Part shown: positions 17,492 to 25,054 of the stretch, one piece after another
Position numbering within the stretch: the first letter of the stretch is position 1
Layout of the letters: the number at the start of each line of letters is the position of its first letter
Origin: a virus
Lineage: Duplodnaviria; Caudoviricetes
Reading direction: 5' to 3' (one strand)
Length of the DNA: 43,191 nucleotides
Virus record (IMG/VR): IMGVR_UViG_3300034025_000010
Location: 1 to 43,191 of that record
Position numbers and translations under genes: made by a program
The notes under the pieces: model-generated
Told to the model about the DNA's origin: nothing
What the model saw: only the letters and a program-made list of their open reading frames with translations
Database searches by the model: none

Positions 17492-17814
17492 TGCCAATTA
17501 AAGAACGAACTCCTGAACAACTAGCTCGCTATGCTACACGTGCAAGAGAAAGATACTATTACATCCCGCCCGGAACTGATGTATTTAGTGCTTCTGATGC
17601 ACAGGAATTTATCACTGCATTCGCAAATCTAACTAAATGGGATAAGAAACAAATAGCAATTCAAATCGCGGCACTCCCAGATGCAGTACTTGAAGCAGCA
17701 AGCAGTAATATTAGAACCATTTCTCACAACATCACAACTTACCGTACTAATCGTAAACAAAGAACTAAGGAGAATGAGATACTTGAGAAACTTAATCTAA
17801 GCGATGGTGCTTGA
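17488..17814 (+). CDS. Hypothetical protein (108 aa)
   Basis: ORF coupled to the helicase stop. Confidence 0.6.
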   Translation: MMPIKERTPEQLARYATRARERYYYIPPGTDVFSASDAQEFITAFANLTKWDKKQIAIQIAALPDAVLEAASSNIRTISHNITTYRTNRKQRTKENEILEKLNLSDGA

Positions 17815-17839
17815 CACGCCCCCGGCACTATGGCATAAT
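17811..17839 (+). promoter_or_regulatory. Strong sigma70 promoter
   Basis: TTGACA-17 nt-CATAAT with extended -10 TG. Confidence 0.8.
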
Positions 17840-17958
17840 GGGCACTCAGTACAGCGATTCATGTACAGGATTCAGAATTACCTAGGTAGATAACTACCAC
17901 ACAGTTAACTGGCCACTGATATTAAAGAGCCAGTAATTCACACTGATAGGAAATAAAA

Positions 17959-18918
17959 ATGAAACAACTCTCACGTAACTTCCGTCTGGCAACTATGGTT
18001 GGTCTGATGATGGCAATGAGTGATGCTAGTGTTGCAGGTAATACTAATGTAGATGGTGCAGTAGTTCCTTCTGCTGATCCTGCTGGTGTTGCAGCTACTG
18101 ATCGTGCTGTTGCTGCTGAAGAAGCTAATCCTGCTAATCCTCACGCAGATCAAAATGCAGCTAATGCTGGTCAAGGTGCTGGTAATAACAATGCTGCACC
18201 AGTGTATACTAGCGGTGCTCCAACTGTTCTGTCTGTTGAAGAACAAGAAGCTAAAGATAAAAAGGATGCAGCTGATAAGGCCACCCTGTTTGAAGGTATC
18301 AAAGCGAAGTTTAATAACCTCGTAGATATCCGTGAAACTAACTTCAACTTCCGCACTGTTAAAGATGCTAAGACTGGTATCGAAACTAAGCGTCCTACTG
18401 TTGCACTGCCAGTACCAGTTCCAAGTCTGGAAGGTATCGTAGAGATTCTTTCTAAGGGTCCGGGTAAAGAAGTTGATCTGCTGGTTGAAGCAGTAACCGC
18501 AGTAATTCTGGAACAAGCTCGTGAATATATCAATGAGCATGAAGAAGTTAATGCTGATAACTTCCCATATGAAATGCTGTCGTGGGAAACGATTGCTAAC
18601 CTGCCTAAAGCTGAACGTCGTGGTGGTGGTATTAGCAAGGAAGTTTGGGAAGACTTTGCTAAGGACTATGTTGAAGTTATGCCGGGCGTTACTGGTAAGA
18701 AGAAAGAATCTGTTGAAATGGCAGCTAAGGTGTTTGTTGCTAAGTTCGCAGGTGCTACTACCAATAAGCCAGTACTGAAACTGCTGCAACAGCAACTCGC
18801 AGTGTATGCATCGAATACTACGCAGGGTGAACAGTTCGCACCTTGCATTGAATTCCTGATGAACAAGCTGGAGAAGCTGCTGAACACGGATGAAACCAAT
18901 CTGCTGTTGGCACTGTAA
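17959..18918 (+). CDS. Unknown, probably abundant protein (low-complexity N-terminus; C-terminal domain paralogous to 10772-11449)
   Basis: 319 aa, first gene after the strong promoter; uses CTG/AAC/CGT codons like the capsid gene. Confidence 0.85.
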   Translation: MKQLSRNFRLATMVGLMMAMSDASVAGNTNVDGAVVPSADPAGVAATDRAVAAEEANPANPHADQNAANAGQGAGNNNAAPVYTSGAPTVLSVEEQEAKDKKDAADKATLFEGIKAKFNNLVDIRETNFNFRTVKDAKTGIETKRPTVALPVPVPSLEGIVEILSKGPGKEVDLLVEAVTAVILEQAREYINEHEEVNADNFPYEMLSWETIANLPKAERRGGGISKEVWEDFAKDYVEVMPGVTGKKKESVEMAAKVFVAKFAGATTNKPVLKLLQQQLAVYASNTTQGEQFAPCIEFLMNKLEKLLNTDETNLLLAL

Positions 18919-18930
18919 TAGAATTGGTTG

Positions 18931-19074
18931 GTGACTGTACCAAGTAGTTTGAAATAGTCACATTGGACTCACAGCTTCAGTCGATTAATGTGTGCACGGC
19001 TGTGAGTCCTCTTATAGATGGCCTGATATGACATGTTCATATTTCCTGCAAATTAGTAGGAGCCATCTATAAGA
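18931..19074 (+). ncRNA. Run of abutting stem-loops upstream of the tRNAs, putative structured RNA(s)
   Basis: Stems 18931-38/18954-61, 18965-75/18999-19009 (11 bp perfect) and 19010-22/19062-74 (13 bp perfect, enclosing two 6-bp hairpins). Confidence 0.5.
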
Positions 19075-19078
19075 TCAT

Positions 19079-19155
19079 GTCCCATTAGCTCAATAGGTTA
19101 GAGCAACCGACTCATAATCGGTAGGTACTGTGTTCAAATCACAGATGGGATACCA
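19079..19155 (+). tRNA. tRNA with CAT anticodon, probably Ile2 (lysidine) rather than Met
   Basis: Cloverleaf: GTCCCAT/ATGGGAT acceptor, ACCGA-CTCATAA-TCGGT anticodon arm, TTCAAAT T-loop, encoded CCA; C4-G69 and C5-G68 match the TilS determinants. Confidence 0.9.
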
Positions 19156-19163
19156 AGTTTCAA

Positions 19164-19270
19164 TGAGAAATTACTTACCAATAGATTGTCCCTAAGGTGA
19201 GGCTGACTTAAATGCAGCTGAGGACCGTCGGAGACTAGTCAATAACATTGATGAGGTTTGTAATTTCTCA
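19164..19270 (+). ncRNA. Putative ~107 nt multi-branched RNA between the two tRNAs
   Basis: Closing 11-bp perfect stem TGAGAAATTAC/GTAATTTCTCA; internal GTCC/GGAC and GGCTG/CAGCT pairings. Confidence 0.5.
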
Positions 19271-19278
19271 CCCTACAT

Positions 19279-19355
19279 ATCACATTAGCTCAGTTGGATA
19301 GAGCAACAGCCTTCTAAGCTGTAGGTCATTGGTTCGATCCCAATATGTGATACCA
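19279..19355 (+). tRNA. tRNA-Arg(TCT)
   Basis: ATCACAT/ATGTGAT acceptor, ACAGC-CTTCTAA-GCTGT anticodon arm, TTCGATC T-loop, encoded CCA. Confidence 0.93.
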
Positions 19356-19393
19356 AGATTCAGTTTCCTAACAGTTCTAACTCCCACATTCCT

Positions 19394-19651
19394 ATGCCCT
19401 CCATTGATAACAAGTACAGTGAAATATGGAAGAAATTAAAAGAGGATGGCCATGTAACATTGGCTGTTCCAATTCCGATCCAGAAAAGATTACTGCTTGC
19501 AATGAAGAATATTAAGCATCGTGATATAGTGTTTAAATTAGAAGCTGAAACAAGGAAAAAGAAATACGTACTGTACAGTAAACGAGAACAAGCAAGAATT
19601 AAATTAATACTAAGAGAGAAAGACGATATCTTTCAACATCTAATTGAGTAG
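19394..19651 (+). CDS. Small basic hypothetical protein
   Basis: 85 aa Lys/Arg-rich ORF. Confidence 0.6.
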   Translation: MPSIDNKYSEIWKKLKEDGHVTLAVPIPIQKRLLLAMKNIKHRDIVFKLEAETRKKKYVLYSKREQARIKLILREKDDIFQHLIE

Positions 19652-19662
19652 GAGAATAGATC

Positions 19663-20037
19663 ATGGGTAGAACAGGTAATGTATTCAGATCACTAGTTGG
19701 AACAATAACAGGTGAGACTGAGAAAGCAGTGAGGTTTCAAATAGATGTAACTATGGGTAAGTGTGAAGAAGCAATTATGAAGGTTGAATGGTTCCCAAGA
19801 TCACAGCTTGGTAGTGTGCATAAAACTAACACCCTCGGCGCTGATGTTATCATGGCATCTGAATGGATACTAGGACAAAAAGGTTGGCTTGACTTTGCTG
19901 GTGCTGTAGGATATAATCCAACTATTAGTAAGGTTGTTGCTCAACAGGTAGTACCAATTACACCTAAATTATCAGACAAGTTAACGACTCCTCCAGTCCG
20001 AAGCTTCTCTGACATGGATGATGACATTCCGTTTTAA
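19663..20037 (+). CDS. Putative ssDNA-binding or SSB-tail mimic protein
   Basis: ETEKAV...WFPRSQ small beta domain, a linker, then C-terminal DMDDDIPF matching the proteobacterial SSB tip DDDIPF. Confidence 0.6.
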   Translation: MGRTGNVFRSLVGTITGETEKAVRFQIDVTMGKCEEAIMKVEWFPRSQLGSVHKTNTLGADVIMASEWILGQKGWLDFAGAVGYNPTISKVVAQQVVPITPKLSDKLTTPPVRSFSDMDDDIPF

Positions 20038-20066
20038 GTAACATTTATTATTACTGTGAGGAAAAC

Positions 20067-20585
20067 ATGGCTATTGATCTGGCAGCCTTAAGAGCTAAGT
20101 TACAAGCAGCTGCGGCAGCAAACAATATAACATCCAATAAGGAGAACTTAAATGTTCCAGTCCCCGTGGTCCAGAAAGAAGATAGCACTGGCATGGTTAA
20201 TAGCACTAGTGGGCAGTTACCTGTTGTTCTACCTAGTGTACCTGCTGTTTCTGAAGCTGTTTCAGTACATGCAGTTGTAGTATCTAACACTGATGTAATT
20301 GGTACTGCTAAAACTTCTGAGATTGATCATCTGGATTTTCTTAATAAGATGAATCTTCTGCAAGAAGCTATTCACAAGCAGCATCCAACTATGCCAGTAC
20401 TTCTGATGCAGATTCACAAGCAACTACGCGCTGATCCAGAACTAACTAGCACGCTTAGTGAAGAAGGTATTGGTGTGATTGTACGGGGCTTACAGATTCA
20501 GACTAAAACAGAACTTGTATCTGTAGTGGTTAAGGAATCCAAAAGTAAGAAGAATAAAACACCAATCAGTCTTGATATGTTCTAG
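20067..20585 (+). CDS. Hypothetical protein (172 aa)
   Basis: GAGG RBS; helical C-terminal domain ending ISLDMF. Confidence 0.7.
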   Translation: MAIDLAALRAKLQAAAAANNITSNKENLNVPVPVVQKEDSTGMVNSTSGQLPVVLPSVPAVSEAVSVHAVVVSNTDVIGTAKTSEIDHLDFLNKMNLLQEAIHKQHPTMPVLLMQIHKQLRADPELTSTLSEEGIGVIVRGLQIQTKTELVSVVVKESKSKKNKTPISLDMF

Positions 20586-20600
20586 GCACAGGAGAATAAC

Positions 20601-20966
20601 ATGCACACACCACAGTCAGAACCACAAGGTTTCTCCTTACAACTTCCCGGTGATATCATTCTCACTGTACCAGATACTAAGTTCCCTCTCTGGAATGGTC
20701 CTTACAATGAAGGTACTCTCACAGTATATAAAGCTGATATGTCTGGTGCAGGTAATATTCCTGACACTGTAGCATTTGTAGCTGTGTATGTTGATCCGGG
20801 TGCAACAGAAGATTTTCTTACTTTCACTTGGTATAAGTCTGATACTCCAGTAAGTGATGTACTTGCAGATATTCAAGAAAAAACTATGGAACAATATGCA
20901 GTAGCAAGAACAGCATTAGCAATTAAGATGGCAAGTGATAGTAGTAAAGGTAATACATTACATTGA
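20601..20966 (+). CDS. Hypothetical protein (121 aa)
   Basis: AGGAG RBS, ORF track. Confidence 0.65.
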   Translation: MHTPQSEPQGFSLQLPGDIILTVPDTKFPLWNGPYNEGTLTVYKADMSGAGNIPDTVAFVAVYVDPGATEDFLTFTWYKSDTPVSDVLADIQEKTMEQYAVARTALAIKMASDSSKGNTLH

Positions 20967-21220
20967 GGAGAAGGTCTGTGAGTATAGATAAGGCAGTACT
21001 AATTAAGTTATATATTGCTCACAGACGATTCTTTTATCTGGATTATTTCCAGAACTTTAAACTGTTTGCTAGTTGGTACCTGCAAGAATCATGCGGTACT
21101 CAGAGTATTGGCACTCAACTTCCTTGGTATTGCAGGAACTATGAAGTACAGGAACTAGCAAAGATTTTAAAGTGCACTGAACAAGAGATGTTAGAATTAT
21201 TGGAGAACGAATATGAATGA
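20963..21220 (+). CDS. Hypothetical protein (start may be the GTG at 20978)
   Basis: Fills the gap between adjacent genes on the coding strand. Confidence 0.5.
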   Translation: MRRRSVSIDKAVLIKLYIAHRRFFYLDYFQNFKLFASWYLQESCGTQSIGTQLPWYCRNYEVQELAKILKCTEQEMLELLENEYE

Positions 21221-22253
21221 TCTAGATTTTCTTGATACACCAATTACACAAAGTACAGTAATACCAATACTTCCTGCTGAGGGTTTCGATCCAAGACTTA
21301 AATTAATGAGTTACAGCAGTAACCTAACTCTCCATGCTTGTCCTCGGAAGTATCAACTGTATAAACTAAAAGCTACTGATGATCCTGATGATCCGGAAGC
21401 TGCTAGTAATCAGAACATTACATTCGCCTTTGGACATATTGTTGGTGAAGGAATACAAGATGTGCTCGATGGTATACCGGAAGAGAAAGTTATCTGGTCA
21501 ATGTTCTTGGGATGGCACGCTAGTCTCGCAGATAGAAATGATAAGCAAAACAAATCGTTCTATCTTGCTGTCCTTGCAATACAAAGATTTGTGGCACTTA
21601 GAAAGAATGGATTTCTGGATGACTATGAACTCCTACTTTATAATGGAAAACCCGCAAAGGAATTATCGTTCAGGATTAACTTACCAGATGGATTTAAGTA
21701 TCGGGGAAGTGTTGATGCAGTGTTGCGACACAAGATTAGCGGTAAGATTCTCGTCTTGGAATGTAAAACTTCTAGTAGTGCCAATCTTAACCCGACCACG
21801 TTTAAGAATTCTAGTCAAGCAGTTGGTTATTCAGTAGTACTAGATGTAATTGCACCAGAGATTAGTTCCTACGAGGTGCTGTATCTAGTATATCTTACTA
21901 AGGATATGGCATATGAACAACTTAAATTTGTTAAGACTTACCTCCAGCGAGCTACGTGGATTCAGGAACTTCTCCTCGACGTTGAAAGTATTAAGCTCTA
22001 TGAACGAACAGGAGTATATCCAATGCGTGGAGAAAGTTGCAATCACTTCTTCAGGGACTGTGAATATCTCAATCAATGTACCCTTAGCACTAAGCTTATT
22101 ACAACACCGTTAGTACCGGAAGCAGTACATGATGATAAGATTTATGATGTAGAGATCACACTGGAACAATTGATTGAAGGTCAGTTGCGGAAAGTAATTA
22201 CAGTGAGTGATACACTTGATGCATTACCTCAAGATGGAGATATGATGTTATGA
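21213..22253 (+). CDS. Cas4/RecB-like PD-(D/E)XK exonuclease with Fe-S cysteines
   Basis: SYSS...ACPRKY, FGHIV, GSVD...VLECKT, Q..GY, and a C-terminal C-x6-C-x5-C. Confidence 0.88.
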   Translation: MNDLDFLDTPITQSTVIPILPAEGFDPRLKLMSYSSNLTLHACPRKYQLYKLKATDDPDDPEAASNQNITFAFGHIVGEGIQDVLDGIPEEKVIWSMFLGWHASLADRNDKQNKSFYLAVLAIQRFVALRKNGFLDDYELLLYNGKPAKELSFRINLPDGFKYRGSVDAVLRHKISGKILVLECKTSSSANLNPTTFKNSSQAVGYSVVLDVIAPEISSYEVLYLVYLTKDMAYEQLKFVKTYLQRATWIQELLLDVESIKLYERTGVYPMRGESCNHFFRDCEYLNQCTLSTKLITTPLVPEAVHDDKIYDVEITLEQLIEGQLRKVITVSDTLDALPQDGDMML

Positions 22254-22396
22254 TCAAGAAATTCTTAAGTATATTTAAAGTTAAACTTGCAGAGGCTTTA
22301 AGCAAGAAAACTAGTTGGGGACGCAACGATCTTACTCTTCTTATTGAAGAAGTTATTAGTGAAACTCTTCTGGATTTATATCATGATTCCGAATAA
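22250..22396 (+). CDS. Small hypothetical protein (48 aa, KTSWGRN motif)
   Basis: Hand-translated; ATGA overlap with the nuclease stop, GGAG upstream. Confidence 0.6.
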   Translation: MIKKFLSIFKVKLAEALSKKTSWGRNDLTLLIEEVISETLLDLYHDSE

Positions 22397-22640
22397 AAAT
22401 AAAACTGATAGACATAAGACTGCACCACTTACTGATCTCCAAAAGTTAGCCCAGAAAGAGAACTTCGCATTGTTTGTATTAACTGGAATGCAAGCAAGTC
22501 TTAATCATTTACGTAATGTAGTACCAACAAGTTATATCAGTATATTGATTCAGTCAATAGAACATACACGTGCTCACATTAAATCTGTTCAAGCTACACG
22601 AAGAACTCAACGAGCTATAGAAAGGCACTATAAAAAATGA
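22383..22640 (+). CDS. Hypothetical protein (85 aa)
   Basis: ORF-track frame; ATG at 22383 preferred. Confidence 0.6.
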   Translation: MIPNKNKTDRHKTAPLTDLQKLAQKENFALFVLTGMQASLNHLRNVVPTSYISILIQSIEHTRAHIKSVQATRRTQRAIERHYKK

Positions 22641-23587
22641 AACTATCACAAATGCAAGGAACAATAGAACAGCGAGTCTGTCTATTCGGTCCACCTAAAG
22701 TAGGTAAGACACTTCTTGCTGGTATGCTTGCAAAGAAATATAAGTTACTAGTATTCATGCTAGAGAATGGGCACAGTGTACTTACTCAAGTACCTGAAGA
22801 ATTCCATGATCGTATTGAAATTATTGTTATCAGAGACAGTAAAGACTATCCAATTGCAATTGAGACTATGCTTAAAGTTGTGAAAGGTAAAGAAGTATTT
22901 ATCTGTCACAAGCATAGTAAAGTATCATGTCCAATCTGCACTAAGAATTGTCCTGATGCACGAGATAGAATTTGTCTTGATGAAGTAGGTCTTGATACTA
23001 TTGTAATCTATGATAGTCTTACTCAACTCACTCAATCCGCACTTGCACATATTACTAAGTCTCAGCCTGATGATTATAAATGTCAGCTTGATGATTGGGG
23101 TAACTTGAAACTGCTGATGGAAAAATTCATGAGTGCTATTCAAGTAGCTACTTATAATTGTGTAGCAATTAGTCATGAAGAGGAAGTTAAATTTGAAGAC
23201 GGTAGAACTAAGATTGTACCAGTTGCTGGAAGTAGTAACAGCAGCCGCAATACTGCTAAGTATTTTGATCATGTGGTCTATTGCAACGTAGTGAATAAGA
23301 AGCACGTAGTTGGTAGTGCTACAGATTACAGCACTAGTGTACTCACAGGTTCTAGAACTAATGTAAAACTGGAAGCTAATAAAGAAGGTGGTGATCTGCT
23401 GGAGATATTCACTAATTGGAAGTTGCCGAATTATGGAATGAAGCTTACAGAAGATGTAACTAAAATTGATATTCCAAATGAAGGTACTCAAGCTCAAGTA
23501 ATAGCAAATATAAAAGTAGCAGAAGCTGAAGTAGTTAAATCTCCTGCACAAATCGCTCTTGATAATCTTAGAAACAAGGTGAAATAA
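22637..23587 (+). CDS. Sak4-like AAA_24 ATPase / ssDNA annealing protein
   Basis: GPPKVGKT, VIYDSLTQL, DWG, AISHE, YFDHV; CHKH...CPIC insertion; neighbours a Cas4-like nuclease and an SSB. Confidence 0.85.
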   Translation: MKLSQMQGTIEQRVCLFGPPKVGKTLLAGMLAKKYKLLVFMLENGHSVLTQVPEEFHDRIEIIVIRDSKDYPIAIETMLKVVKGKEVFICHKHSKVSCPICTKNCPDARDRICLDEVGLDTIVIYDSLTQLTQSALAHITKSQPDDYKCQLDDWGNLKLLMEKFMSAIQVATYNCVAISHEEEVKFEDGRTKIVPVAGSSNSSRNTAKYFDHVVYCNVVNKKHVVGSATDYSTSVLTGSRTNVKLEANKEGGDLLEIFTNWKLPNYGMKLTEDVTKIDIPNEGTQAQVIANIKVAEAEVVKSPAQIALDNLRNKVK

Positions 23588-23779
23588 ATGGATGACACTA
23601 AATCTAAACCTCCACGCGGAATGGCTCGTATGTCTTTCGATGCTAGTGCTGCTGCTAATTATCTTGAACGTGAGAGACAAAAGAAATTACAGCGAGAACA
23701 AGCAAAATTTGATAAACTAAAAGTTAAGCCGATCTTAAATGCCATGACTGCAATTGATGTTAAGGAGTATAAGAAATGA
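23588..23779 (+). CDS. Hypothetical protein (63 aa)
   Basis: Tightly packed ORF with AGGTG RBS. Confidence 0.55.
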   Translation: MDDTKSKPPRGMARMSFDASAAANYLERERQKKLQREQAKFDKLKVKPILNAMTAIDVKEYKK

Positions 23780-24186
23780 GTACCACTAAAGGTACTGCGC
23801 TTGAACAAGCACAAGTAATTATCTACGGTGATCGTGAACAAGCTTATGGTTCTCCTGATAAGAACTTAAAAGTAATAGCTGAATACTGGACTACGCATCT
23901 TAATGCTGCTTACGGAAAAAACCTTCGCTTGACAGTGGATGATGTCTGTGGTATGATGGTGTTACTGAAGCAAGCAAGACTCGCTAACAGTCCTAAGCAT
24001 GAAGATAGTTTAGTAGATCTAATTGGTTACGCTGCATTGAAAGATCGGTGTGACAGATTGGAAGTAAGTAGTAAAGCAGTAGATGTAGCAGCAAATGTAA
24101 CAACAGATGCTTTTGTAGAAAAAGTAAGAGCACATTGTACAGCTGGAAATTGTAGGTATCCTAATTGTGGATGTGTAATACCCTGA
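23776..24186 (+). CDS. DUF6378-family protein
   Basis: GDREQAYGSP..N...IA.YW...DV..MM.LLK.AR......HEDS.VDL.GYAA signature. Confidence 0.85.
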   Translation: MSTTKGTALEQAQVIIYGDREQAYGSPDKNLKVIAEYWTTHLNAAYGKNLRLTVDDVCGMMVLLKQARLANSPKHEDSLVDLIGYAALKDRCDRLEVSSKAVDVAANVTTDAFVEKVRAHCTAGNCRYPNCGCVIP

Positions 24187-24253
24187 ACCCGACAATTCTG
24201 TCCCGTCCAGTCCTGTAAATTAAATTAATCTCCCAACCTAGAAAGAACTTATC

Positions 24254-24748
24254 ATGTCTAATTCCGAACTGAACCAAAACGTTTCTCTCGATGATCTGCT
24301 GGATGGTACTCTTGATGATCTTGCTGATGTTCCAGAGTTTAAACCATTTGCTGCTGGTGCTCACAAGATGACACTGAAGTTTGATGCAACTAAGAAGATC
24401 AATGATATGCCAGCGATTGAAGTTAAGCTGACTATTATTGAATCGGTTGAATTGACTGATCCAACTGCTACTCCACCAGCTGCCGGTGATACTACCAATG
24501 TTATTTACATCTTGAAAAAGAAAGATGACAAAGGTAATGTAGTTCGTAATGAACTTGCAGAAGGTCAGTTCAAAGCATTGATGGCTAGTCTGTCTCCTAG
24601 TTTCCCTGATGCTGGTGGTTCGCCAAGGAAAATTATGGAAGCTGCTGATGGCTTTGAAGTTCTGGGTCTTACCAGTGTTCGTACGAATGCTAAAGATAAG
24701 AACAACATCAAGCATTACACCTCGCTGGAATCGGTTCAAGTACTGTAA
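24254..24748 (+). CDS. Single-stranded DNA-binding protein (DUF669-like, putative)
   Basis: Acidic N-terminus, FKPF.AG.H motif, beta-rich; downstream of Sak4. Confidence 0.65.
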   Translation: MSNSELNQNVSLDDLLDGTLDDLADVPEFKPFAAGAHKMTLKFDATKKINDMPAIEVKLTIIESVELTDPTATPPAAGDTTNVIYILKKKDDKGNVVRNELAEGQFKALMASLSPSFPDAGGSPRKIMEAADGFEVLGLTSVRTNAKDKNNIKHYTSLESVQVL

Positions 24749-24777
24749 GAAAGTAATAGCTATTCTCTAAACCCCTG

Positions 24778-24816
24778 TCCCCTCTCTATGGAATTACAAG
24801 TTCTGTATTGAGGGGA
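24778..24816 (+). terminator. Stem-loop after the SSB gene (terminator or processing site)
   Basis: TCCCCTC/GAGGGGA with inner TATGGAAT/GTTCTGTA, followed by TTTTAGTTT. Confidence 0.5.
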
Positions 24817-24847
24817 TTTTAGTTTGCAGAATTTCACGGAGTTCAGA

Positions 24848-25054
24848 ATGAGTAAGTTTAATAATCTTGATCGCATGAGACAACAGTTAGAAGATAATGG
24901 AATTAATACTTATACTTTTGATGAAGCTAGATTAATCCATGAGTATGATGTATGGTTCCTTGCTAATGTCAATGCACAAATACATACTACTGAATCTCGT
25001 CAGATTGGAATTAGCTTAGCTAAGAAAACAATTATTACTAGAAAGCCTGCGTGA
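24848..25054 (+). CDS. Hypothetical protein (68 aa)
   Basis: GGAG RBS before ATG 24848. Confidence 0.55.
   Translation: MSKFNNLDRMRQQLEDNGINTYTFDEARLIHEYDVWFLANVNAQIHTTESRQIGISLAKKTIITRKPA

Noticed and set aside
19010-19074. Minus-strand hammerhead (GAAA-stem-UC present)
   Set aside because: The CUGANGA core is missing between the stems.
19205-19240. Hammerhead ribozyme (CTGAGGA fits CUGANGA)
   Set aside because: It is followed by GAGA rather than GAAA, stem II is at most 1-2 bp, and there is no NUH before stem I.
21213-22253. CRISPR-Cas system or mini-array associated with the Cas4-like gene
   Set aside because: No repeat-spacer array or other cas genes seen; the Sak4/SSB context indicates a recombination nuclease.
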